This document shows positions 18,266 through 28,329 of a DNA stretch of 64,000 bases, one piece after another. Source of the stretch: an uncultured Fibrobacterota bacterium (GTDB taxonomy: Bacteria > Fibrobacterota > Chitinivibrionia > Chitinivibrionales > FEN-1185); the NCBI GenBank assembly GCA_963753345.1, contig CAVWBU010000015.1:120203-184202 (forward strand), in the 5' to 3' direction. The position numbers were made by a program, and so were the translations under genes. Position 1 is the first letter of the stretch. Each line of letters begins with the position of its first letter. The notes under the pieces were generated by a model. It was given only the letters and a program-made list of their open reading frames with translations. It had not been told where the DNA came from and made no database searches.

Positions 18266-19534
18266 ATGATCCGTTCCTCAAAATCAAGAATTCTTCTCCT
18301 TACGTCGCTCATTATTTTATATAGTGGTCTCAATTGTTTTTCCATGCTCCTGGTCCCCATGGACGATTCGCAGACCGACCACCTCAAGGCCTACGGCCTC
18401 GCGTACAAGATGCTCAAAGCCGGCGCAAAGGTGTACTGGCTGCTCAATTACAAATGCGGCTCGTTTGCAACCGACGATTCACGAGAGTTCGAACTCAAGG
18501 CCCGGCTTGACGGGGTGGAAATCACGCACATCTCCACACAGGAGTGGGCCGGTATCCTCGAAGTGATCGAAAACAGCAACATGGAGCGCGTGACCCTCGA
18601 AAAGGCGCCGCGCATCGCGGTGTACTCGCCGCCCACCGAGAAGCCGTGGGACGATGCCGTGGTCCTTGCGCTCACCTATGCAGATATCCCGTTCGACAAG
18701 GTGTACGACAAGGAGGTGGTGGCGGGCAAACTTTCCGAGTACGACTGGCTGCACCTGCACCACGAGGACTTTACCGGGCAGTACAGCAAGTTCTACTCCC
18801 ATCATAACGAGCCGTGGTACCAGGAAATGAAGATGGAACTCGAGAAAACCGCCAAGGAGCTCGGGTTCAAGAAGGTGACCGACTGCAAAAAGGCCGTGGC
18901 GCTGGCCATACGGAACTATGTCCAGAAGGGCGGTTTTCTTTTTGCCATGTGCTGCGCCACCAACACGCTTGACATCGCGCTCGCCGCGCTGGGGACCGAT
19001 ATCGTGGACGCGGTGTTCGACGGCGACGGCGTCGACCCGAACTATGCGGCCAAGCTCAATTACGGCAATTGCCTGGCGTTCGAGAACTTCACGATCCAGA
19101 CAAGCCCCTACGAATTCTATTTCGACAACATCGACGTCAACCGGGTCAACACGGCTATGCGGCTGCCAGCTCTCGATTTCACGCTGTTCGATTTCAGCGC
19201 GAAGCTCGATCCGGTGCCGTCCATGCTCGTGCAGGACCATCGGCAAACGATAAAAGGCTATACCGGCGTGTGCACGTCGTTCAACCGCAAGGTGATCAAA
19301 AAGAGCATCGTGGTGCTTGGGAGCGTGCCCGGCACCGACTGCGTCAACTATCTCCACGGCGTGCTCGGCAAGGGCCAGTTCGCGTTTCTCGGCGGACACG
19401 ACCCGGAAGCCTACGAACACGCAATTCACGATCCGCCCACCGACCTGCGCCTCCACAGGACTTCGCCGGGATACCGGCTTATTCTCAATAACGTCCTGTT
19501 TCCGGCGGCGGAGAAAAAAGAGAAGAAGACATAG
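18266..19534 (+). CDS. Conserved secreted protein of the type often labelled 'asparagine synthetase B' (class I GATase-like fold; function unknown)
   Basis: Signal-like N-terminus; QTDHLKAYG, WLHLHHEDFTGQY, GGFLFAMC, GGHDPE and PGYRLILNN motifs, recognised from memory of this family. Confidence 0.7.
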   Translation: MIRSSKSRILLLTSLIILYSGLNCFSMLLVPMDDSQTDHLKAYGLAYKMLKAGAKVYWLLNYKCGSFATDDSREFELKARLDGVEITHISTQEWAGILEVIENSNMERVTLEKAPRIAVYSPPTEKPWDDAVVLALTYADIPFDKVYDKEVVAGKLSEYDWLHLHHEDFTGQYSKFYSHHNEPWYQEMKMELEKTAKELGFKKVTDCKKAVALAIRNYVQKGGFLFAMCCATNTLDIALAALGTDIVDAVFDGDGVDPNYAAKLNYGNCLAFENFTIQTSPYEFYFDNIDVNRVNTAMRLPALDFTLFDFSAKLDPVPSMLVQDHRQTIKGYTGVCTSFNRKVIKKSIVVLGSVPGTDCVNYLHGVLGKGQFAFLGGHDPEAYEHAIHDPPTDLRLHRTSPGYRLILNNVLFPAAEKKEKKT

Positions 19535-19591
19535 TTTGAAAATGCCGTAAAGGATCGGAAAGTCCGAGAGTCCAAAGGCCGGGGTGAACTG

Positions 19592-20905
19592 ATGGCTCGT
19601 TTCAAGTGGTTGACGGACGCAAAACGGCGCGCCGTGGCGGGCTGGTGCATGTACGACTGGGCGAATTCAGCGTTCGCCGTGGTGGTGCTCACCGCATTTT
19701 TTCCCTATCTGTTCAAAACGTTTTGGGACAGCGGCGCCGACGCGGCCCTCAACACAGCGCGTCTCGGCATGGGAGATTCGATCTCAGGGCTGTTGGTGGC
19801 GTTCCTGTCGCCGTTGCTGGGCGCCCTGGCGGATGCCGGAAGGGCTAAGAAGAAATTTCTGTTGTTCTTCATGACGCTCGGGACACTAATGACCGGTGCG
19901 ATATTTTTTGCGGGCGCCGGAGCATGGGTGGCGGCGATCGGCCTTTTTATCGCGGCAAATATCGGGTTCGCGTGCGGGAATCTTTTTTACGATTCACTTC
20001 TTGTCGACGTTGCCCCTCGGACCGAAATGGACTACGTCTCCTCGCTCGGATATGCCACGGGCTATGTCGGCGGCGGACTTCTTTTTCTCATGGACATCAT
20101 TCTCGTCACGTTCTGGAAACGCGCCGGTTTCGCAAACCAGGTCGACGCGGCAAGGACCGGATTTATACTGGTGGCGGTATGGTGGCTGATATTTTCGTTG
20201 CCACTTCTCATGTTTGTCAAGGAGCAGGGAGCCTCTTCCCGGGGTAGTCCCGTTTCCGTGATTGCCGCCGGGATACAAAGGCTGTGGAACACGTTCCGAA
20301 AAATTCTCGGCAACCGTCTCTTGATCATTTTCATCATCGCGTTCTGGCTGTACATGGACGGCGTATATACCGTGATCACCATGTCGGTCAATTTTGGTTT
20401 GTCAATTGGAATCTCATCTCAGATTCTGATGCTAACCATTCTCCTTGTGCAGTTCGTCGCCTTCCCGGCCGCCATCGGTTTTGGTCGCCTCGCACGCGCC
20501 ATTGGGGGCGGAACGGCGATTCTTGCTGGCATTGCCATCTACATCGTCGTGTGCGCCGTCGGCTTCTTCGTGCTCCGCAATGCGGCGCAGTTTGTGGTAC
20601 TTGCCTGTCTTGTGGGAATGGTCCAGGGAGGCGTGCAGGCCCTGAGCAGGTCCTATTTTGCAAAAATCGTTCCTGCGGAGGATGCAGCGGAGTACTTCGG
20701 TTTTCTCAACCTGATCAGCAGGTTTTCCATCGTTCTGGGCCCCGTGCTGGTCGGCGTGACAACACTTTTCTGCCGCAGGATGGGCGCGGGGAATGTTCTG
20801 TCTCAACGGCTGGGCATGTCGTCGATCACGGTCCTGTTTGCCGCCGGAGGGTTTCTCTTGCTGCTTGCGGAACAGGAACGAAGGCGCAGGAGCGCGGTCG
20901 CATGA
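19592..20905 (+). CDS. MFS transporter (UMF1/Atg22-like)
   Basis: WCMYDWANSAF, SPLLGALAD, QALSRSYF; about 12 TM segments. Confidence 0.9.
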   Translation: MARFKWLTDAKRRAVAGWCMYDWANSAFAVVVLTAFFPYLFKTFWDSGADAALNTARLGMGDSISGLLVAFLSPLLGALADAGRAKKKFLLFFMTLGTLMTGAIFFAGAGAWVAAIGLFIAANIGFACGNLFYDSLLVDVAPRTEMDYVSSLGYATGYVGGGLLFLMDIILVTFWKRAGFANQVDAARTGFILVAVWWLIFSLPLLMFVKEQGASSRGSPVSVIAAGIQRLWNTFRKILGNRLLIIFIIAFWLYMDGVYTVITMSVNFGLSIGISSQILMLTILLVQFVAFPAAIGFGRLARAIGGGTAILAGIAIYIVVCAVGFFVLRNAAQFVVLACLVGMVQGGVQALSRSYFAKIVPAEDAAEYFGFLNLISRFSIVLGPVLVGVTTLFCRRMGAGNVLSQRLGMSSITVLFAAGGFLLLLAEQERRRRSAVA

Positions 20906-21522
20906 AGCGTAACGACGCCAGCGGCATCGAGACCAATTTCGAGGTCCGCTCGCTGGACGCGAAGATCCCGCTGGAAGAGTATAGCCGCCTTCCCAAGAAT
21001 CCGCTGTATATTATTCTTGACAATCTGCGAAGCGCATTTAATGTTGGCGCAATTTTCAGGCTCTGCGACGTGATGCGCGTCCAGGGCCTTTTCCTGTGCG
21101 GGTACACGGCGTGCCCGCCTCATTGCAAATTGGCGAAAACCTCGCTGGGCACCATCGACTACGTTCCCTGGAGAAAGTTCGAGAGCGCGGAACAGGCCGT
21201 GTTTTTCCTCAAAGAACGCGGGATTCCCGTGTGGGCTGCGGAGACGACTTCCCAATCGAAACCCTACGACGCCGTTGTCTACCCGGTCCGGCTCGGCGTG
21301 GTGTTCGGGAACGAGGCGCTCGGAGTGGAAAGGAAAGTGCTTGATTTATGCGATGAGATCGTGGAAATACCGGTGTACGGGTTCAAGAACTCGCTCAACG
21401 TGGCGAGCTCATGCGCGGTGATTGGATGCCGGATACTTGCGGAAATGCGAAACAAAAATCACCCCGCCGGGAGCGGCGCGGTGATTTTCCGTAAGGGCAC
21501 GGAGCAGAAGGGTCAGTTGTAA
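20902..21522 (+). CDS. TrmH/SpoU family RNA methyltransferase
   Basis: LDNLRSAFNVGAIFR, FGNEALG and SLNVA; ATG overlaps the MFS stop codon. Confidence 0.9.
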   Translation: MKRNDASGIETNFEVRSLDAKIPLEEYSRLPKNPLYIILDNLRSAFNVGAIFRLCDVMRVQGLFLCGYTACPPHCKLAKTSLGTIDYVPWRKFESAEQAVFFLKERGIPVWAAETTSQSKPYDAVVYPVRLGVVFGNEALGVERKVLDLCDEIVEIPVYGFKNSLNVASSCAVIGCRILAEMRNKNHPAGSGAVIFRKGTEQKGQL

Positions 21523-21731
21523 TTCCGCGGCGGGCGGAACGAGAAGCGTTTCTCGTCGCGGACCTTTTTCCTGCGCGACGCATTCATCTTTCTCTTTCGT
21601 TCCTCGCTCGGTTTCTCGTAGTGACGGTATTTCTTGATGTCGGAAAGAATGCCTGCACGCTCGCAGGTCTTTGTAAAGCGGCGAAGCGCCTTTTCAAATG
21701 GCTCGTCTTCTTTGAGAATAATGCCGTTCAT
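21513..21731 (-). CDS. rpsU: 30S ribosomal protein S21
   Basis: EPFEKALRRF...YEKPSEERKRK. Confidence 0.95.
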   Translation of the reverse strand: MNGIILKEDEPFEKALRRFTKTCERAGILSDIKKYRHYEKPSEERKRKMNASRRKKVRDEKRFSFRPPRNYN

Positions 21732-21818
21732 GACTTCATCACCTGCTTTCCTCGTGAAGATTTTTCCCACAACAAAAATAAGTTCCTCGTATACAAATAG
21801 CAAGAGGAGACTTGACCA

Positions 21819-23804
21819 CTAGTCCAGCCCCCGTTTTCTGCGAAGGATCCACTCGACTGCCCACAGCCCGAAAATTGCGGTGAGAAGCACCCAGGTCTGC
21901 CGGACGTGAAAATACTGCGCAACGGTCAAGCGTTTCCCCTGCGGCCGGGCGGCAAAGGCCGAAAGAACCGTCCGTGCGTTTCCCGGCCGGAGCGGCGCGG
22001 CAATTTCGCCGAGAAGGAGCGCGTTCTGCGATTGGACGCACAGCTCCGGACTGGAAGCCCCGACGTACACCGTGTCCGAAAACGAACGCATGGCCCCGTT
22101 GACGGATGCGCCGCATGTAAAGGTATAGGTGCCCGCGTCAAGAGGCGGGAGCTTGACGACTGCCCGGTTCTCGGGATCCATGCCGGTAACGGCGAACCAG
22201 GAGTCGAAGCGGATTTTTCCGGACGACGCAACCGTAAACCGGACTCGCGGCGCGGCAGTGCCCGCGGAAAAGGATGAAGGGCCGAAAGCAGGGGGCAGCA
22301 GCACGGTAAAGGTGATGGAATCCCGCTCGAAAAGCTCCGCTTCCTTGGGGTAGGCGGCGAGGTTGTCCCGAAGGTTGGCCACGAGCCGCTGTTTCACAAA
22401 AGAAGTGAGACAGTTCAGCAGCGCCGGCGTCTCACGCTCCCTGGCAACCGAGAGTGGCAGGAAGTCGGAACGCCACAGCCCCCGCGCGAACACGGCGGCC
22501 GCGTCATGGCCCGCGAACGACCCGGCCGCCAGAAAAGGGATCGTGTCCGGCTGCCGGGCCGGGCCGCCCTCGCGTCTGACAAGAGCCCACAGCACGGTGC
22601 AGCGGTGTGCAGGAAACGCGGACAAGCAGGTCTGGACGCGAGAGGGAGGTGCGAGGTCCATGGCGGCGAATCTTGCGAAGAGGGTGTCGTAGGGATCGGC
22701 TGGCGCAAGAGAAAACGATACGGGAGTCGTTTCAACCCGGCTTGAGCAGGGGGCGGCGCCGAGGAGCATCACCACGCCGCGGGGGCCAAGATCGCGGAGT
22801 CGCTCGAACGCAGCGCTGGCGCAGTCAAACAGAAACAGCGCGTCGCAGCGACCGCCGTTCTGCGGCGCGAGGCTCCATTGGCCGTCTTCAGCAAGCGCAT
22901 TCGTGAGAAAGCGCCGGTCAAGAAGGGGCGAGGAGGAATACACGGCCGCAACGAACCGATGGGGAACAACCGTTTGGGAGAAGTACGGCACCGAGCGCAG
23001 CGTGTCTGCGGCGTTTTCGGTGAGCACCGAGTACACATGTCTGCCTTCGGGCCCGGGCGGCAGTTTCAGTACGACGGTGTCGGAAAAATATCCGGAATCA
23101 ACGGGAATTGATTTTCGCACTACGGGAACTCCGTGGCGCCTGCACGTCATAACAAGCGTGCGCCGCGCAGGCGCGAATCCCCGCGTTTCCACGGTGACCG
23201 CGGAGGCCGAATCGAGCGCCATGCTTTCCGGCAGGCCAAGGATCTCCGTTTGAAGATACGGCCGGGGAGCAATTGCGGGCAGTTCCAAATAGCGGCACGA
23301 CTTGTCCCGCAGGCCGCCCTGGGGGAGCGAGACATTGGAAAAATTGCCGTCGGAAACGATCAGAATAAACGGCGCGTCGCGGAGTGCGGGATCGTTCGTC
23401 GAATCCGGAAGCGAACTTTGCAGATCGGAAAACCTGATTTCTCCCGGATTCCGGCAGACGCGAAGAGAGTCGCCGAAACAGTAGAATTGGAACCTGGGAC
23501 CGCCGGTGCCGGTGCGGCCGAGCGAGTCAAGGCTTCTGAGAAAGGGCAGGACCGCAACGTCGGGCCGAAACAGCTGCATGCTCATCGACGCATCCACGAG
23601 CACCGGAATCGTTTTCCCTTTGGTTTCCAGCTGTTCAAAGGTGATGACGGGTTCGAAGAATGCGAGCAGGAGCGTGGTGATCATCAGCGCACGGACCGCG
23701 AGAAAAAGAAACGCGGGAAGCCTGCCGCGGCGCCGGACGTAGAAGAATGCCGCAAGCACGGCGCCGGCGGCTACCAGACAAATTGCGAGCATCGAGATGA
23801 GCAT
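21819..23804 (-). CDS. Hypothetical membrane protein with vWA-like N-terminal motif
   Basis: Two N-terminal TM helices, LVDASMSM (DxSxS), SDG and C-terminal TM plus EWILRRKRGL. Start set at ATG 23804. Confidence 0.7.
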   Translation of the reverse strand: MLISMLAICLVAAGAVLAAFFYVRRRGRLPAFLFLAVRALMITTLLLAFFEPVITFEQLETKGKTIPVLVDASMSMQLFRPDVAVLPFLRSLDSLGRTGTGGPRFQFYCFGDSLRVCRNPGEIRFSDLQSSLPDSTNDPALRDAPFILIVSDGNFSNVSLPQGGLRDKSCRYLELPAIAPRPYLQTEILGLPESMALDSASAVTVETRGFAPARRTLVMTCRRHGVPVVRKSIPVDSGYFSDTVVLKLPPGPEGRHVYSVLTENAADTLRSVPYFSQTVVPHRFVAAVYSSSPLLDRRFLTNALAEDGQWSLAPQNGGRCDALFLFDCASAAFERLRDLGPRGVVMLLGAAPCSSRVETTPVSFSLAPADPYDTLFARFAAMDLAPPSRVQTCLSAFPAHRCTVLWALVRREGGPARQPDTIPFLAAGSFAGHDAAAVFARGLWRSDFLPLSVARERETPALLNCLTSFVKQRLVANLRDNLAAYPKEAELFERDSITFTVLLPPAFGPSSFSAGTAAPRVRFTVASSGKIRFDSWFAVTGMDPENRAVVKLPPLDAGTYTFTCGASVNGAMRSFSDTVYVGASSPELCVQSQNALLLGEIAAPLRPGNARTVLSAFAARPQGKRLTVAQYFHVRQTWVLLTAIFGLWAVEWILRRKRGLD

Positions 23805-23815
23805 GTGTGTCCCGG

Positions 23816-25450
23816 CTACCGGGCGCGGCGGCCGGCCAGCGGATTGACAAGTGCGGTGTTTTTCCTCCAGTAACGGTCGTTTGGCGCCGGAAAATCGGTG
23901 GTGTAGTGCAGGCCCCGGCTCTCGTGGCGCATAAGGGCCGACGCCACGATAAGTTTCGCGGTCGTTACGATGTTCCTGAGTTCGAGAAGCCGCGGGGTTA
24001 TCCTGGTTCGCTTGTAGAAATTCTCCGTCTCCCTTTCGAGAAAGGCGATGCGCCGCATGGCGCGCGCAAGGCGCAGGTTCGACCGCACAATGCCCACATA
24101 GTCCCACATCACGCTCTGCACCTCGGTGATGTTGTGCGAGAGGAGCACCCATTCTTCGTTGTCAATGGTCCCGCTGTCGTCCCAGGCGGGAATCATGGCG
24201 TGGGGCATAGGCGGGATGGCGCGGACCCTGTCAATCGCTTCGTCGGCCGCTCGCCGCGAGAACACAAGCGCCTCCAGCAGCGAATTCGACGCGAGCCGGT
24301 TGGCGCCGTGGATGCCGGTGCAGGCGACTTCACCGCACGCATACAGGTTGGGTATGGTGCTTTGGCCGTTGGTATCCACCTTGATGCCGCCGCACAGAAA
24401 ATGAGCCGCGGGCACCACGGGAATAAGGTCGCGGGTGATATCGATACCCAACTCTTTGCATCGTGCGTAAATGGTGGGGAAATGCCGCCGCGTCCTTGAG
24501 GCCGGAATGTGCCGTATGTCAAGATAAACGCAGCTGTCGCCCGACTTCTTCAATTCGTTGTCGATGGCCCGGGCAACGATGTCACGTGTTGCAAGAGACC
24601 TCATGGGGTGATACCGGTTCATAAATTCAACGCCGCGCGAATCTTTGAGAACCGCTCCAAATCCCCGCAGGGCCTCGGAAATCAGAAACGAACCGCCGTG
24701 TTCGTGATACAGGGTGGTGGGGTGGAACTGGATGAACTCCATGTTTTCTATTGTTGCGCCGGCCCGATAGGCCATTGCCACGCCGTCTCCCGTGGCGATT
24801 TCTGGATTCGTGGTGTGGAGATACACTCTGCCGCATCCGCCCGTGGTGAAGCAGGTGATTTTTGCCTGCACCGCGAAAATGGCCCTTTGCACCGTGTCGA
24901 GCACATACATGCCGTAACATCGGTTTCTGCCCCGTGAAGACCTGCCGTGGATATGGTGATCGGTTATCAATTCGACGCCGCAATGGTTTTCGTACAGCGT
25001 GATGTTGCGCATGCGGCGCAACTGTTTGATGAGCGATTCCTCAACAGCCCTCCCGGTGCAATCGCGCATGTGAACGATCCGGTTGGCCGAATGCCCACCT
25101 TCGCGGCCGAGGTCAAGGTGGTGCGGAGCGCTGGAGCTTTTGGAGGTTGAAAAATGCGTTCCCCATTCGACAAGTTCTTCGATTCGCTCCGGTGCTTCGC
25201 TCGCCAGGATGCGGACCGCCTCCTGGTTGCACAACCCTGCTCCTGCGACAAGCGTGTCGTGCACATGGCTTTCGATGCTGTCGTTCGGGTCGAGAACGCA
25301 TGCGATGCCGCCCTGCGCATGGTTCGTATTGGACTCACTGTCGGTTTTTTTGGTGATCATTATCACCGATCCCACCCTTGCCGCGCGAATGGCAAAACTG
25401 AGTCCGGCAATGCCGCTTCCGACGATGAGAAAATCGCACGATGTTTTCAT
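23816..25450 (-). CDS. nadB: L-aspartate oxidase
   Basis: GSGIAG, AQGGIA, REGGHS, QFHPT, LISEALRG, HGANRLASNSLLE, ESRGLHY. Confidence 0.96.
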   Translation of the reverse strand: MKTSCDFLIVGSGIAGLSFAIRAARVGSVIMITKKTDSESNTNHAQGGIACVLDPNDSIESHVHDTLVAGAGLCNQEAVRILASEAPERIEELVEWGTHFSTSKSSSAPHHLDLGREGGHSANRIVHMRDCTGRAVEESLIKQLRRMRNITLYENHCGVELITDHHIHGRSSRGRNRCYGMYVLDTVQRAIFAVQAKITCFTTGGCGRVYLHTTNPEIATGDGVAMAYRAGATIENMEFIQFHPTTLYHEHGGSFLISEALRGFGAVLKDSRGVEFMNRYHPMRSLATRDIVARAIDNELKKSGDSCVYLDIRHIPASRTRRHFPTIYARCKELGIDITRDLIPVVPAAHFLCGGIKVDTNGQSTIPNLYACGEVACTGIHGANRLASNSLLEALVFSRRAADEAIDRVRAIPPMPHAMIPAWDDSGTIDNEEWVLLSHNITEVQSVMWDYVGIVRSNLRLARAMRRIAFLERETENFYKRTRITPRLLELRNIVTTAKLIVASALMRHESRGLHYTTDFPAPNDRYWRKNTALVNPLAGRRAR

Positions 25451-25465
25451 GGGGCAGGCGCCGGT

Positions 25466-26086
25466 CTAGCGGACGGCCGCGCCCGGATGGGGCAGACGCG
25501 CCTTCTGGCCAAGATAGCCGCCGTGGTGGCGAAGGCCGAACTGTTCTTTGGAGAATTTTCTTTTTTCCATGAGGACGAGGGCTAACGCGTCGCCGAGCGC
25601 CATCATGACGGCAGTGGAGGCGGTCGGCGTGAGCCCCAGCGTGCAGGGCTCGGTGATTTCCCCCATGTTGATCACCACGTTGCACAGCGACCGGATGGAT
25701 GAATCGGGGTGCGACGTGATGCCGATGATGGCATGGATGCCGAGGCCCCGGCTCCGTTCGAGCATTTCGATGACCTCGCGGGTCTTGCCGCTGGTGGAAA
25801 ACGCCATGATGACGTCGCCTTTGTCCAGAAGCCCGAGGTCGCCGTGCGCCGATTCACCCGGATGCAGAAAACAGGAAGGCGTGCCCGTGGAACACAGCGT
25901 TCCGGCAATTTTCTGCGCGATGTCGCCGGCTTTTCCCATTCCTGTCGTGACCACTTTGTTTCTGCACCTGAGAAGGATGTCGATGGCCTTGGAGAAGTTC
26001 CCGTCGATTCTGACGTTTTGTATGGCGTCTGCCTCGGCGGCAAGGATCTGGCGGGCCCGTTTCCGAATATCATTCATAGTTGTCAA
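25466..26086 (-). CDS. SIS-domain sugar-phosphate isomerase (KdsD/KpsF/GutQ family, no CBS domains)
   Basis: TGMGKAG, HGDLG, PTAST and HHGGYLG; ends right after the SIS domain. Confidence 0.88.
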   Translation of the reverse strand: MTTMNDIRKRARQILAAEADAIQNVRIDGNFSKAIDILLRCRNKVVTTGMGKAGDIAQKIAGTLCSTGTPSCFLHPGESAHGDLGLLDKGDVIMAFSTSGKTREVIEMLERSRGLGIHAIIGITSHPDSSIRSLCNVVINMGEITEPCTLGLTPTASTAVMMALGDALALVLMEKRKFSKEQFGLRHHGGYLGQKARLPHPGAAVR

Positions 26087-26252
26087 ACCTTTGGTTTCGG
26101 CGTGCAGATTTAAAAGAATACGCCTGCATTCTCATGGCGAGGCGAGGAAGCACCGTACAAATATAAATCACAGGGGAAAAACGGTGCACATGGTATTTGA
26201 GCGGCACCGGGAGCCTGGGGCGGTCTTTCCCGACGGGATTGCAAGCGATGCG

Positions 26253-27635
26253 CTAGACCAGCGGAATGATTTGCTCTTCTACGCGGGTGACCTTGCTCTT
26301 GAGCTCGGCGTCGGAGAGCAGGTCGGATTCGATTTTCCTGCACGCGTGGATGACGGTGGAATAGTCGCGGCCGCCGAAATCCAACCCGATGGTGCGGAGC
26401 GATTGCTTTGTCCATTTTTTGCATAGATACATGGCAACGGAACGAGGCAGCGAGACGTCCCTTTTGCGGGTATGGGCGGTGAGCTGGTTGGGGCTTGTGC
26501 AGAACACTTCGGCCACTTTTTGCTGGATAAAACTTACCGAGACGCGCTGATCTTTTCGTGAAATCACATCTCCGCAGATTTCTTTCGCCACGTCAAGGGA
26601 GATGTCCTTCCCGGTGAACGATGAAGAAGCGATGAGCTTGATGAGGGTGCCTTCCAGTTCGCGGATGTTGGAAGTTATATGGCCCGCCACATACTGGATG
26701 ACTTCATCGGGGAGGGAAAGGCCGTCCGTTTCCGCCTTCTTGCGGAGGATCGCCATGCGCGTTTCCAAATTGGGCGGCTGGATATCGGCGATGAGACCGC
26801 CCATGAACCTGTTGATAATATGCTCCATCATGTCGGTTATCTTGTCCGGCGAGCGGTCTGAGGAAAGGATGATTTGCTTCTTTTCAAGGAGGAGCCTGTT
26901 GAAAATGCGGAAGAATTCCTTTTGTGTGCCCGGTTTGCCGCCCAGGAAATGGATGTCATCGATGAGCAGGAGGTCGACATCGTTGAATTTCTTGTAGAAT
27001 GAGGTTGAATCCTTCTTTTCAACAACATAACCGATATATTGCGTGGTGAATTCCTCGCTTGTCATATAAAGCACGTGGTCTGCCGTATTCTCAGTCTGGG
27101 CAAAATGCCCGATGGCTTGAAGAAGATGCGTTTTCCCGAGTCCGGTTCCCCCGTGAATGACAAGGGGATTGAAGGTCGTTCTTCCAGGGGCTTCGGCAAC
27201 CGCCATTGCGGCTGCGTGCGCCATCCTGTTGCCGTCACCCACAATGTACCTATCGAAGATGTAATTAGGGTGAAACTGTCCTTTCTTTTCAACGGATTGA
27301 GGAATTTTCCGCAATTGTGCTTCGGATATCGTCCGGGCAAGCGGCTGCACGATCTTCCAGTCTTTCTCGGTGGGGGAGAATGTGAGGGACTGAAAAGAAA
27401 TCGAACATTCCGGGAGTGCGTTTCTTATTATGCCGGAAAAGTGTTGTTCCATAAAATCCGCAAAAAACTGGTTGGGCACAAGAACGCTGACGTGCCCTTC
27501 GGGAGATATAAAAAGATCGGTTGTACGGAACCACGTTTCGAACGAAGAAGGGGGGATTTTTTTTTGTATTATCCGAAGACACTCCTGCCACAAAGAACTG
27601 GTTGAAATCGCGCAAGATAGGTTGTTCGTCAACAT
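26253..27635 (-). CDS. dnaA: Chromosomal replication initiator DnaA
   Basis: FETWF, FNPLVIHGGTGLGKTHL, LLIDDIHF, SNIRELEG and domain IV GGRDYSTVIHA. Confidence 0.96.
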   Translation of the reverse strand: MLTNNLSCAISTSSLWQECLRIIQKKIPPSSFETWFRTTDLFISPEGHVSVLVPNQFFADFMEQHFSGIIRNALPECSISFQSLTFSPTEKDWKIVQPLARTISEAQLRKIPQSVEKKGQFHPNYIFDRYIVGDGNRMAHAAAMAVAEAPGRTTFNPLVIHGGTGLGKTHLLQAIGHFAQTENTADHVLYMTSEEFTTQYIGYVVEKKDSTSFYKKFNDVDLLLIDDIHFLGGKPGTQKEFFRIFNRLLLEKKQIILSSDRSPDKITDMMEHIINRFMGGLIADIQPPNLETRMAILRKKAETDGLSLPDEVIQYVAGHITSNIRELEGTLIKLIASSSFTGKDISLDVAKEICGDVISRKDQRVSVSFIQQKVAEVFCTSPNQLTAHTRKRDVSLPRSVAMYLCKKWTKQSLRTIGLDFGGRDYSTVIHACRKIESDLLSDAELKSKVTRVEEQIIPLV

Positions 27636-28020
27636 GTTGTCAACATCCAGATATTATTAACTATGCGGTGGGGAAAGAATTGCCGAAATATCTAATCTAG
27701 CTTATTAGTTGACTTTATTATTGATTTGTTATTCATCGTAATGTCAGTGCGTTAGTTGATATTGTCAAATACTGACAGCCGCATCGTTATGGATGCTACA
27801 CCACTTATTAACATGCTCTCAACGAGTTGTCAACAATAAGTTATCAACACTAAATATTTACTTCAGGGCTTCGATAATATAATTACCCTTGTACTTATGT
27901 CAAAGGTTTTTTTTCACCATTCTGTAATCGGAATGTAACAATCCTGTGTCAATTTACTTTTTGAAGAAGCAAGCGTATTTCCCTGTGTGTAAAGTGTTTT
28001 TTCATTGTCAAAACAGCCCA
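27626..28020. promoter_or_regulatory. Putative oriC / dnaA regulatory region with variant DnaA boxes
   Basis: AT-rich ORF-free region upstream of dnaA with co-oriented 9-mers: TCGTCAACA 27626, TTGTCAACA 27637, TTATTAACT 27654, TTATTAACA 27805, TTGTCAACA 27827, TTATCAACA 27841. Confidence 0.65.
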
Positions 28021-28329
28021 ATATCGGGAAGTAAAGCCCCGGTTTCCGCGATGCCCGTAATTGCGGCATTCCTTGCAGGGCGGTTTGACGGGGCGGGAGA
28101 GGCGGTTTGACGCAACGACATTTTACAAACAGAGCGGTTTAGGGACTTGGTAAATGGCGCGGATCGATGGTGCAGGTTCGCAGGCGGTAAGAAAAAAAAA
28201 TAGCAACGTATGAGGATATCGTTTGGATTTTGTTAGAATAGTTCGCCGTGCATGGAGTCCCCAACGTTGAAGATGCAATTTTGTGGGTTTGCTGGAAACA
28301 TTTGATATGCTCGTGTCGGGGTATGATCC

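Noticed and set aside
27850-28329. tRNA or other known ncRNA in the long gap upstream of dnaA
   Set aside because: No cloverleaf or recognisable conserved RNA motif by eye; cmscan would be needed to exclude one fully.
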